Notes under the pieces: model-generated
What the model was told of the DNA's origin: nothing
The model's input: only the letters and a program-made list of their open reading frames with translations
Databases searched by the model: none
IMG/VR virus record: IMGVR_UViG_3300024999_000048
Span: 32,001-96,000 of that record
DNA: 64,000 bases
DNA from: a virus
Strand: one strand, 5' to 3'
Translations under genes and position numbers: made by a program
In this document: positions 1 to 11,423 of the stretch, piece by piece
How the letters are laid out: each line of letters starts with the position of its first letter
How positions within the stretch are numbered: the stretch's first letter is position 1

Positions 1-670
1 GTAAATTTATTCTATATCAGATATGGATATAAAGATTATGGTTTTGAAAGTGATTCACAGGAGAATGTGGCTTATGAAGTAGAGAAGAAAGAGATTGTTG
101 AATATGAATGGAGGTATGTGAGATGAAAATTGTAGCAACAAGCAATTATAATCTAGATGACTACTGTGAATATATCATAGCAGAAGGATTAAATAGTTAT
201 TATGGAAAATTAATTTGTGATTTTCTGCAAAGTCAAGTTAGAGATGGCGATAGTGCTTGGCCTGTATTGAAGGAAGATGATTATGTCCCTTTTGTGTGGG
301 AACCTTGATAATGCAATATTAATTAAATAAAAAGGAGAAATTGTATAATGAACTTACAAACAATGGCGCAGGAAGTAATTAAAACTTTTAATAAAATTAC
401 TTCTATAAATAATCAAGATTATATTACAAACATATTGTCAGATTTTGCTATAAAAATGTATAATGAAGGATACAAAACTGCCAATGATGATGCTAAAAAT
501 GTCGTTCAAGAAGTTTATCAAAAAGAAAATCAAAGAATTAATGATCAATATGGAAAAGAAGTTCAAAAAATTAATAAACAATTGCATGGTATATTGCAAG
601 ATGTTAGAAATATAAGGTGGTGATTGTGGATTGAAATTAGTGAAAAGATTTTACAAATTAATAAAATGTG

Positions 671-699
671 TTGACATATGGTTAGTGAAATGGTATAAT
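671..699 (+). promoter_or_regulatory. sigmaA-type promoter with extended -10
   Basis: TTGACA (671-676), 17-bp spacer, TG-N-TATAAT (694-699). Confidence 0.75.
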
Positions 700-804
700 T
701 ATATGTGGTAGTAATATGGGTGAGAGGAGTTAGACATGAGCAAGAAATTAATTGTGTATGGGTTTACATAGTGTGAAAATAAAATATTAATCAATTATGA
801 AAGG

Positions 805-1059
805 ATGATTAATTTAATGCCATCGCAAACAAATATACAACAAACAAATGCAAATAGTATATTGCAAAAAGATTATTGTATTATGTCATTGCAACTTGCC
901 AGAATATTAATGGATAAAGGTTATGAATTACATAATATAGCACCAAACAAAAGATTCCCAAATTTAAATGTATATTATTTTTATTATAATGAATTTATTG
1001 AACAAGAAGTAAAAAATTATGAACAAAATAATAAGAGAAATAAATTTATTTTTCGGTAG
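805..1059 (+). CDS. small protein, DUF5659-like
   Basis: SLQLARILMDKGYELHNIAPNKRFPNLNVYYF resembles the S..LA..L...G.......PN......VF.F pattern of this family. Confidence 0.5.
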   Translation: MINLMPSQTNIQQTNANSILQKDYCIMSLQLARILMDKGYELHNIAPNKRFPNLNVYYFYYNEFIEQEVKNYEQNNKRNKFIFR

Positions 1060-1101
1060 GAGAATATTATTAACTCTTATTAAGAATTAGTCTCTCTTAT
1101 T

Positions 1102-1192
1102 ACACCTAAATGGGCGTACTGAATTTGATACGCCTAAACTTAGGTATACCTTACAGGGAGCGTACTAGATTTAGTACGGGTAAACTTTTACC
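1102..1192. repeat. cluster of overlapping short palindromes / iteron-like repeats, candidate replication origin
   Basis: CGTACTA-gatt-TAGTACG, GGTAAA-ct-TTTACC, CCTAA-ac-TTAGG, GCGTA...TACGC; GC-richer than flanks; lies directly upstream of the initiator-like gene. Confidence 0.5.
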
Positions 1193-1231
1193 TTATTTAT
1201 GATAAAATTTATAGAAGGATAGTGAATTAAC

Positions 1232-2734
1232 ATTAAACAAATAAACAAAGAAGTAAATAGAGAATTTTCTAAAATTCCAAATAAACTTTTCTATACTAAA
1301 GAAGAAGGAGAAAAGAGTATTTTAGAAAAAGCAGATTTCAATGAGAAAGTATTATGTGTTTTAGATTACTTGTATATGGGAACAGATAGAAGAGGAATTG
1401 TTAGATTTACAATAGACAATATGATAAAACAATGTAAATTTAAAATAAGGACTGGAGAAAAAGAATCAGTATCTCAGTTTAAAAAGATATTACATATGTT
1501 ACAAAGAGAATCTTTTATACAAACATTATTCGACGAAGAGGACATTGTAGGTAGTCCGTTAATAGAGAGTTATAAACTCAAAGATTTGATTATATGTTCG
1601 CTGACAATAGATTTTGCTAATAAATTTGTCATATTAGAAAAAGAAGAAAAAGACAAAATATATGGTTATAATGAGGAAAAGTTAAGTCATTTGAAACTTC
1701 TTTTATATTATTGCTATTTGAAATGCAGAATGTATAAACGTCCAATTGGTGATCAAATGGTTATATCGGGTGGTAGGGCTGAAATAGCATATCCAACATT
1801 TGAAATAATAAATAAAGATTTAGGTCTTACTGATGATACGATTGATAAATATAATAAAATATTAGTTGGTTTGAATATGATAAGATATAAATCAGCAGGT
1901 AACTGGTATTATAAAGATGATCCTAATAAGATAGTAAGAGAGAGTTGTAATATTTATACCTTATTTACAGATGAAGAAACAGCAAATCTAAATCTCAAAG
2001 AGGGTATTAAATATTATAAGAAACTTGATAGAAATAGTAATAAGATATTCACTGGAAGTAAGGCTTACAAAAATAATAATAAAGTGTTAAATGGAGAATT
2101 GGGGTCTATTATCAAGAAAGAGAAAAAGGGTACAGCGACAGAAAAAGATATGATTAGGAAGAATGAATTATTATATTGGATTAATGCTAATGAAGAACAA
2201 CATGGTATTCGAGCTTTATTAGATTCTAATCCTGATACATTGCTTTCTGATATCTATTATGGATTTAATAGTGATGAAAAAGCAGAAAAGTATTATAACT
2301 TAGAACACTCATTAGGACTTCTTGATACTGGCAAGGAATTTGGAATTGACTTTACGTATTATAAGTGGATAATGATGAATTATGACAAAGAAGAGCATGA
2401 CAAATTTGTGCATTGTGTTAATAATAAAAAGAAAGCTGGATTAAAGACTGAGGATATAATATATTTTGCGGATAAAACGCCAAAACATAGGGGTTTTTGT
2501 TCACAAAATAAGAAAAATTACGTAGAGAAAAAACCAGATATATTTGAAGATATGTTTGAAAATGATGAACCATACGAAGAAGAATATATAATGACTGAGG
2601 ATGACATTCAAGCAATGCATGAGATTGATGAATTAAATCGTGCAATGATACCGGACGAAGTATTGAGAATAATTGAGCAACAAGAGAATGAAGAAGACTA
2701 TGATTATGGAGACGATGAAGATTTATTTAGTTAA
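1232..2734 (+). CDS. putative phage replication initiator / HTH protein (ORF track start 1370; frame is open from ATT at 1226/1232)
   Basis: HTH-like AYPTFEIINKDLGLTDDTIDKYNKIL; N-terminal extension contains FSKIPNKLF; acidic C-terminal tail; purine-rich GAAGGA upstream of the ATT codons. Confidence 0.5.
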   Translation: MKQINKEVNREFSKIPNKLFYTKEEGEKSILEKADFNEKVLCVLDYLYMGTDRRGIVRFTIDNMIKQCKFKIRTGEKESVSQFKKILHMLQRESFIQTLFDEEDIVGSPLIESYKLKDLIICSLTIDFANKFVILEKEEKDKIYGYNEEKLSHLKLLLYYCYLKCRMYKRPIGDQMVISGGRAEIAYPTFEIINKDLGLTDDTIDKYNKILVGLNMIRYKSAGNWYYKDDPNKIVRESCNIYTLFTDEETANLNLKEGIKYYKKLDRNSNKIFTGSKAYKNNNKVLNGELGSIIKKEKKGTATEKDMIRKNELLYWINANEEQHGIRALLDSNPDTLLSDIYYGFNSDEKAEKYYNLEHSLGLLDTGKEFGIDFTYYKWIMMNYDKEEHDKFVHCVNNKKKAGLKTEDIIYFADKTPKHRGFCSQNKKNYVEKKPDIFEDMFENDEPYEEEYIMTEDDIQAMHEIDELNRAMIPDEVLRIIEQQENEEDYDYGDDEDLFS

Positions 2735-2747
2735 AAATTAGTTAATA

Positions 2748-2770
2748 TAGGGGCGGCTATTCCGTCCCTA
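2748..2770 (+). terminator. hairpin, probable intrinsic terminator
   Basis: TAGGGGCGG-ctatt-CCGTCCCTA just after the stop at 2734. Confidence 0.6.
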
Positions 2771-5399
2771 ATTGTAAAGGAGAGATTATAAAAATGTATG
2801 AACTAACAAATAAAGACGAGGCATTATTAGATTGTGCTTTAGGTTTAATGAATAATGGAATGGAATGCAGTGATTGTATATTAAATTCATGGGAAGATTG
2901 CGTAAGTAGAATCTTCAAAGATGATGTAAGAGAATTATTAACTAAGATGAAAATAATGGATAAGAAATGGAGAATGCTAAAAATGAATGAAGATTGTTAT
3001 AAAGTATATGACAATAAAGAGATTAGTCAAATTATAGTCGAGATAAAATTTGATGCAAATATAGAAAGATCAGCTTTTGTGCCAGTAGCGAAATATGATT
3101 ATGAGTTTAGTGAAGGTGAAGTATATTTATGTTATGCGGAAGAACGTAAATTTTATAAGAAATATAATACGTGGAAGAAAGCAGTAGAGAGAAAATTCAA
3201 ATTATTTATTCCAGATGATATAAAGGAGGGGGAGGAGATTAAATAAATGACAAAAGACATAAACAAAATCTATCAATCAAAAGGTTATCAGAATCGCAAA
3301 GAATTCATTGAAAGTTTAGTGGAAGATGTTGATATTCCTTTGAAAAATGCATTGGATATTCTAGATAATAAATATTTCGATGAATTGGTTTGGTTGCTGA
3401 GCCATGAGATTGATGAGAAAGTTGAGGAGAGTGAACAATGACTAAAAATATATCAAATTACACAAGAAAACAAAATATTAAAGAGTTAGTTGACAAAATC
3501 ATAACTAAAACATTTGATATAATCCTTTACCCCTTACGTCTAGCATATAAAAAATATGATGGTTCTGATTTACAATCCAGAAGAAAAGTTAAGAAAGCCT
3601 ATGGTAAATTGATAAATAATATTTATAGAATTTTATTAAATGAAGGCTGTGTTTATGTCACTGATTTTTATGTCGGTCAAGAAAATGGTTCTTATGATAT
3701 TATTTCGATAGGTGAGGAATTTGTTTTGCTACATCATACAAAGAAAACTGCAAAGGTTATTTTTGATGAGATAGAAGATATTTTAAGAGGTGATGAAAGT
3801 TTAGTAGTTGATGATTATAGTGTTGGTGATTTGTTTAAGTATGGCTATTTTAAGGAAGATGGTAGAGTTATTAAGGCAAGTATGAAAATTTTTATATAAG
3901 GAGGAGATGTAAATAAATGTTAGAGTTTTATAAAATTAAGAGTCCATTTGATGGAGATGAACAATATAGTTCTGGCCTCAGAAATGGATATATCCACAAA
4001 TCCAAGAAAGGTAAAACATGGAATTCTATTGGTCATGTAAAAAGTCATTTGTCTATGACTCAGAGATTTGATAGTAAAGCATTTGAATTGTTTTATGATT
4101 CATGGTTGATTGTAAGAATCACATTGGAAGGAATGGAGGATTTAGGAACTGTCAAGGAGTTTAGAGAAAAGAATGGATGTTGGATGGGGTAAAATTGTGA
4201 AATATTTTACATTAATTTTATAGGCTGAAATAGGAGTGATATTTTGAGTTACACCTACAACGAGAAAGAAATAAAAACTAAAGAAGATGCAATTAATATT
4301 TTAGAAGAAATTAGAGCATATCAAGAATTAGAAGGATTTCCATTTGATTTTGGTAATGGATTAATTCAAAACGATTTGTCTTATGGTACAGAACATGTTT
4401 ATTGGAAAATGGATGCTCAAGTTTTAGAGGATATAATTGAAGATTGGGAAGAAGATATTGAATGGGCAAACTGGTTAAAATCTCAATCAAAGAAGAAATA
4501 TAAGAAACAAAAACTAAACAGGTATTATAGAAAAACAATTGATAAGAGAAAATTAATCAAATTATCTAAAACTTCATGGTGGATAGTATATTACAATGAA
4601 AAAGAAAACAGATATATTCGATGCTATTATAGTGGTAGGAAAAGTTATGCAAAATGGTGTTCTGATAAAACGGTAAGGAATAGCAATGATTTTTCGTTAA
4701 TAGGAGCTGGATATAGGAAATGTTTTAATTATTGGTATACTGTGTTTTAAGAGAATAATCAAAATAAAATGTATGATTTATTCTATGTTAAGGAGGTGAA
4801 AACAATGAAACAAACATTAGGTAATTTATTAGATAATATAACTAAAATACTTTATGAACATAATTCAGAAATAATGTTATTAAACGACAATATTCCAGAA
4901 GATGAATATGATGTAGAAGCTTTAAATATTGTATTAAAGATTTTTGAATGTGACAATGCTACAGAGGTTAAAAATATTGTTACTGATACATTTGTTGAAT
5001 ATTTTGGTGAAGGTGCTGTAACAAGAGAACAGGATTATACTAATATTGCAAAAGAAATTTGGATCTTGTGGGAAGATTATATTAATTATAATATGAGCAA
5101 GTAAAAATAAGAGAAAAGAGGAAATAAAATGAGTAATGGTTGGATTAAAAATTTATCATCTGAAGATTTCTATTTTATTCAATTTAACAATTATCTAGGT
5201 TGGGATAAAATAAATGAAAAAACTCCTTATTATGTTTTATTAGAAACTATAAAAGGAAAAAATAAATCATCTCAGGATATAGGAGTTAAATTTGATGATA
5301 TTTCACATGGTAATTTCTATTGGAAAGGGTAATTGGATGGATGATTTTGAAGAGTTTAGGATTGAATGTGATAATAAGAGAAACGGGAGGGATAAATAA

Positions 5400-5780
5400 A
5401 TGAGCAGGGAAATAAAATTTAGAGCATGAGAACCATTAAATAAAAATATGATATATTTTGATGGTTTTATTCCATTCCAAATAGGAGAGAGATATGTTGA
5501 GGGAGCTTTAAGTTCACAGAATCAAGAGAAAAGATATTTAACAACCATGAATTTCGATGCTATTGAAATGATGGAATATGTAGGATTAAAGGATAAAAAT
5601 GGTAAGGAAATGTACGAGGGAGATATCTTACATATCGAAGGAAGAGATATCTCTCAACTTTTATATTTTGAAGATTCAGCATTTCAAACAGATGAATTTT
5701 TATTATTTGATGTAAAACTATTAAGAACTATAAAAGTCGTTGGTAATATTTACGAGAATTCAGAATTGTTAGATAGGTGA
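5400..5780 (+). pseudogene. YopX-family protein interrupted by an in-frame TGA
   Basis: ATG 5400 gives MSREIKFRA*EPL..., TGA at 5427-5429 where YopX has W (IKFRAW); downstream MEYVGLKDKNGKEMYEGDIL and VVGNIYENSELL are classic YopX motifs. Confidence 0.8.
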
Positions 5781-6389
5781 GGTTATTGGCAATAAATATG
5801 ATAATATTAATTTGTTGGAAGGAGTAGAGTAAATAAATAATGATAAAACAAGATAAAATAAATTTCATTAAAGAATGGTATACATTTAGAGAATATATGT
5901 GTAAAAAATACAATGATATTTGTACAGAATGTCAATTGTATGAATCTAGTGATGGATGGTCTAATGAAAATGGAGAATATAAATATAGTCATAATTGTAA
6001 ATATGATTTTGAACAAGGTTTTGCAGAAGAAATAATTGAATTGATGGAAAATAAATAAAAAGAAAAGAGGTAATTAATATGATCGAACAAGATATGATGA
6101 TTTTACAATTTGTAATGCCATATGATAAAATTTTAAAAGATGAAAACGCTTATTGGGAAGAAGATACCCAAACTATGTATTCATCTGAGAGATACTTGGG
6201 ATTAAGAGAATTTAATAAACATGGGTTTAGAGTTTTGCAATTTGTACCTAATCGTTATGAAAATCATAAAGCAGAATGGGTTCTAGTAGAAAAATTTGAA
6301 TAAAATTACATTGTTTGGGTTTGCACAAATAAAAGACAAATATTAAAGGTTATATATAAATAATAAAATAAATGGAGGAATAATAATTA

Positions 6390-7073
6390 ATGGCAAAAGT
6401 TAAAAAGGATAAGAATGGTCTAGTGGTAACTTATGATAAAGATAGAGCATCAATTTTGCAAGGAGATTCATGGGTATTCACCGATAGTTTAAATTTAGCA
6501 GAAGTTTTAGGAACAGAGAGAAAAGTAATAGTCACCAAAATAAAAGATGTTTTAAAATTTTATAAATTGAGTAGCGAGAACCACATCCCAGAAATTTATG
6601 AAATTGCGTATTATGTTAACTCACAAAACAAGAAACAACCTTACTACAAAATGTCTAAGTGGTTTACTATTGAGGTGTTAAAAAAGTGTAATCGAAAGAA
6701 TAGTTATTTAGCCAAAAAAGAATTAGAGAGAATAGGAGTTTATGATGTTAGAGATTTACCAAAAATAATCTCAGAGAATATGTTTTATAATATATTAACG
6801 GGACTATTTCCTAAATTAAAAATACATAGACAACACAAAGTTGAAAATTGTTTTGTTGATTTTTATATAGAAGACATAAAATTGTTTGTTGAATTTGACG
6901 AAGATTACCACAAAAATAAGTTACAAAATAATGCTGATAAAATAAGGGAAATAAAAATATTAAATTATAATGACAATAGTATTATTCGAGTAGATAAAAA
7001 TGATATATATGATGGATTAAGGAAAATAATATTAATAGTTAGTGATACGTTAGGCTTAAATAATGCAATATAA
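6390..7073 (+). CDS. Rha-like regulator fused to DUF559/Vsr-like endonuclease domain
   Basis: N-term TDSLNLAEVLG...YVNSQNKKQPYYKMSK (Rha-like); C-term RQHKVENCFVDFYIEDIKLFVEFDEDYH (PD-(D/E)xK/DUF559-like). Confidence 0.65.
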   Translation: MAKVKKDKNGLVVTYDKDRASILQGDSWVFTDSLNLAEVLGTERKVIVTKIKDVLKFYKLSSENHIPEIYEIAYYVNSQNKKQPYYKMSKWFTIEVLKKCNRKNSYLAKKELERIGVYDVRDLPKIISENMFYNILTGLFPKLKIHRQHKVENCFVDFYIEDIKLFVEFDEDYHKNKLQNNADKIREIKILNYNDNSIIRVDKNDIYDGLRKIILIVSDTLGLNNAI

Positions 7074-7090
7074 AGGAGTTTTATAAAATT

Positions 7091-7657
7091 ATGTACATAA
7101 ATAGTAATAAGATATCAGTTGAAACGGGATTAAGTCATGAAATAATAGAATTTACAATCAAAGATGTTGTGAACTCTTATAATCTTAATTCAGAAATTAT
7201 CAAAGATTTTACCTATTTCAACTATCAGAAATTAGAAGACGGAAGTTACGATTTAACAAAAGATTTAATGGTATTGCTAATTTTTAATCTTCCTGAGACA
7301 GAAAAAATTATGGAATATAGAAAGTTATATATCGCCAAATTCAATGAAACATCCAAAAAACTACTTAATAATAAAGAAAAGCTGGAACTTGACATTACCT
7401 TTACAAATCTCGTATATTCAACTTTGTATGGATATGATGCCTATAAATTAAGAATGATACATAATTTGCCCAAAGGTGAAAATATAAGACCTTGGCTATC
7501 AGATGAAGACGTTAAGGTTGTTGATAAAATGGAACAAGAAGTTGGCACTCTGATTTCTTATGGAATCGAGTTGAAGGTGATTAGGTCTATGATTAGTAAG
7601 AAACATGGTGGAAGTGATAAGAGAGAATTAGTTTTGTTGAATGAGAAAAGGAAGTAA
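7091..7657 (+). CDS. Rha-like phage regulatory protein
   Basis: INSNKIS...YDLTKDLMVLL...RKLYIAKFNE resembles the Rha domain. Confidence 0.5.
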   Translation: MYINSNKISVETGLSHEIIEFTIKDVVNSYNLNSEIIKDFTYFNYQKLEDGSYDLTKDLMVLLIFNLPETEKIMEYRKLYIAKFNETSKKLLNNKEKLELDITFTNLVYSTLYGYDAYKLRMIHNLPKGENIRPWLSDEDVKVVDKMEQEVGTLISYGIELKVIRSMISKKHGGSDKRELVLLNEKRK

Positions 7658-10600
7658 ATTTTCGAATACTTTGAAATCCAGAACTTATGGGATAATTATA
7701 AAACAATAAATAAATTTATACAGTCTATTGATTTTTGTATTGATAGACTGTATAATAGTATCAAGGAGTAAGTCAAAGGAGCGTGTTGCATTTATGAAAG
7801 TTAAAATCACAAAAGATGGCGACAATGACAAAATGGTTATACTAAATGTTTTAGATTGGAGTGCAATGAATATTAGTGACTTGATAGGCAAAAAGATTGT
7901 GAATATAGTCCTTGACAATAAGTATGAAGAAACTACTTTAGAATTGGAGTAATTCCATAAGTTTATATTTTCATGCTATCGTGAAAGGAAGGAATATCCT
8001 AAGAAAGTATATTTGGAAGATGCGTTACTTCATAATCGCATGTTAGAATTTTTAAAGTTGCTTTAAATTATATTGAAAAGGGTGATAAAAAATGGAACAA
8101 TTATTAGATGCCACAATTATTTTAGATGCAGAATTAACACCCGAACAATTGGATGCGGTAATACAATCACTAAAGGATGATTCGGTAAAACTACTCAAAG
8201 AATTAGAACTGATGAGAGAGAAAAAGAAATTAATATGGGGTTACTAAATATAATCCCATATTTTCATTCGAAATGTTGCTTTTAAGCTATAAAATATAAT
8301 TGAAAAGGAAAGTGTAAAAATGAGATATTTTGAAGTAATAATGAAAAGCGGAGAAAAGAATCATCTTTCATATGATGCAGTAGAAATTCAAAGAGATGGA
8401 ATATCAGAAATTATTAAAGAAATTGATAGGAATGATTTTTTGAGAGAAAAAGAAGGAATATGTGAAGAATTGTTGTGCCATTCATGCGAAGAAAATAAAT
8501 GCAGTATTATTTAATACGAAAAATACATTTAAATGAAAGGGGTGTAAGGCAATGATTAAAATTTGTACAGCATGTGGTCAAGAAATAGACACAAAAGAAC
8601 AACCATATTTCAAAATTGGTAGTAAATATATCTGTGATGATACTGTTAATGTAGATTGTTGTACTATTTTCTTGAGTTGGCACAGAAAGAACGAAGATAA
8701 GACTGAATAAGTTGGCACTTTTATTCCAATTAAAATGAGAAAAGGAGATACATAATGGAAACAATTAGACAAACAATTCTAATTAATAAACCTAAAATTC
8801 TTAACAATAAAGAACATTCATTTTATGATTGGGGAAATTATATCAAAGAATATGTTGATGTATTAGAAAAACAACTTTGCGAATTATTTTCTAATGCTCA
8901 TAAATATTTCTGTGATAAAGAGAGTAAATTAGTTGGAAGAGATAGTTGGTTAGGGAATCATATCAGACCAAACAAACAATTGTATATTTATGATTTCTGG
9001 GAAATGGAAAATATCGAAGAATTTAGTTTTGGATTTAATTCAACTAGAGGCAAGGATATCGGTAAATTAGTTGTGGATATTAAGTGGGTGTAAATATTTT
9101 GAATATTAAGGAGGTTAATATTATGCATGGAATTTGTAAAGAGTGTGGATTTGAGGGAGATTGTATCAGTGCGGAAAATGATTTATGCGCCGAATGTAAT
9201 GAAGATATTAGACAATGTGAAATTTGTAAATTCCCATGTCGCACTATAGAAGAACAAACTAGAAAAATTGGTTTGAAATCATGCTTGAATTGTAGTTGGG
9301 AAGGTTGTACTAGTTATGGGCTTGATGAAAAGATTTGTGATATATTTAATGCAAAAGATAGTTTGAAATGATGTTTTCCTAGTATTTTAGAAAAGGAGTG
9401 ATAATTTATGTCAAGAAAAGAGAATTATTATGCAACTACTGTCCAAAGATATTTACCTAAAGCACAAGAAATTTGGAAAGATTATAAAGTTTCACATCAG
9501 TTTATTATTATTTGTAAAACTAACTCAATTGCTAATGCCAACAAAATTGCTCAAGATTTTGGGTTTGAGAAGAATACATTTAAAAGTGATGTAACACGTA
9601 ATTATATTAGAGCAGAAGAAATTAAATCTTTAGAAGAATCAAAGTCAAAATTTATTATTCGTCCTATACAAGCATGGGAAAATGAATCTAAAGATATTAT
9701 GGAAGTATTGTAAAAGGAGGATATTAATAATTTTGATCCCTTAAAAGAATCGTTTGATAGGTAGGGGTAAATTAATGTTTAAAAGATGCTCTAATTGCAA
9801 ACATAAAACCGTAGGAGAAGATAAAGAACCTTGTATTAGTTGTAGATGTAATTGGGTGGCTGAACCAATTGATAAGAATGATTGTTATACTATTATCACA
9901 CATTTCGGAGATTTAAAAGGTAATGCATATATAGATAAGGATTTATATTGTGAAACGCAAGGATGCCATAGTAAACAATTTGTAATAAATTGGGATGATG
10001 GATCTATCACTATTAATTGTAGTTCTGGTTTAGCTTGGATTAATAGAACAACTCTACAATTAGTACAATATCCTCATCATTAAAATTATCCTACGAACTC
10101 ATACTTTCATCGTATGTCAATTATGGGTTTGAAAATCAAAGCATTTGGAAGTATAATTAAGTATTAACAAGTATGAGGGAGGTAAATTTATGATAACTGC
10201 AATAAAATTATCAAAAGAAGAAGTTTATACCGTTATTTGTAATCATTTTCAAATAAAAGGTCATATGGTTGCAGGAATTGAATCAAAAACAAAATTATTC
10301 AAAGGATTATACGAATTAAAAGTTATGTTAGTTAATGGGAATTATTTTATTTTAACAAAAGATGAGGCTTTTACCATAGTATGTGAATATTATCAAAGTA
10401 AAGGATATAAAGTTAATGGAATTTATATCTTAAATAATGGAGACTCTTTTGAACTGGTTACTCGTTAAATAACACGAAAGGTAGGTTTTAAGTTATGTTT
10501 GGCTACAATTATAAATACAAATATATCTATTTTTTAAAGATAAAAGAGTCCAAGATACAGCAGATTTAGTAGCTACAAGACTAGAAGAGAGTGAGAGATA

Positions 10601-10994
10601 CTATATTCACAAATGCAGAGGTGGAGAGTTTAGAACAGGAGATATAGTCTCTAAAGATGAGTTTGTAAAGATGTTGGTGTTAGTAACTAGACCAATTGTG
10701 TTGAGTGACAGTTATATCGATTTGGAATTATAGGAGGTAAAACATGAGTAAAAAGTTAGTATTTATTAAAACAAAAGCTGAGATATTTTGTCCATTCTGC
10801 AAAGAAAATAATTGGTGGGATTATGATCATATACAAATAAAACAAGGAAAATACAGTGGCGATTACACTCTGCTTACTAAAATTGAATGTCAGTGCGGAT
10901 ACTGTGCAATGTTTAGAGATGATTGTTTAGAGTGCCTGAATTGAAATGTATCAAGTAGTTTGTTACATTTAAAGAAGAAAGTGGTTGATTAGAC

Positions 10995-11423
10995 ATGAAT
11001 TTAGAACAAGCAATTTCTATAGCATCATTAGCTCATGCAGGACAATTAGACAAAGGTGGAGAACCTTATATTTTACATCCACTCAGAGTTATGATGAAAC
11101 TTAAAGATGAGAAACAAAGAATTGTTGCTGTATTACATGATGTTATAGAAGATACAAAAGTAACGATTCAAGATTTATTAGATCAAGGATTGGATTGTGA
11201 CTTGGCAAATATTGTTTTGATTTTAACCAGACGTAAAGATGAGAATTATGATGAATATATAAATCGTATATGTTATGATGAACTTGCGATGAGAGTAAAA
11301 TTAGCAGATTTAAATGACAATATGGATATGTCTAGAATTGATATTTTAACAAAAAAAGATTATCAACGTTTGGCTAAATATCGTGTAGCTAGAAGTATAT
11401 TGGAGAATATTTTGTTTGGATAG
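10995..11423 (+). CDS. HD-domain small alarmone hydrolase (Mesh1/SAH-like)
   Basis: AHAGQLDKGGEPYILHPLRV, AVLHDVIEDT and VKLADLNDN match RelA/SpoT hydrolase motifs. Confidence 0.8.
   Translation: MNLEQAISIASLAHAGQLDKGGEPYILHPLRVMMKLKDEKQRIVAVLHDVIEDTKVTIQDLLDQGLDCDLANIVLILTRRKDENYDEYINRICYDELAMRVKLADLNDNMDMSRIDILTKKDYQRLAKYRVARSILENILFG

Noticed and set aside
5427-5429. TGA-as-Trp recoding suggested by the yopX stop
   Set aside because: Other genes use TGG for Trp and several end at TGA; a single case is better explained as a nonsense mutation or error
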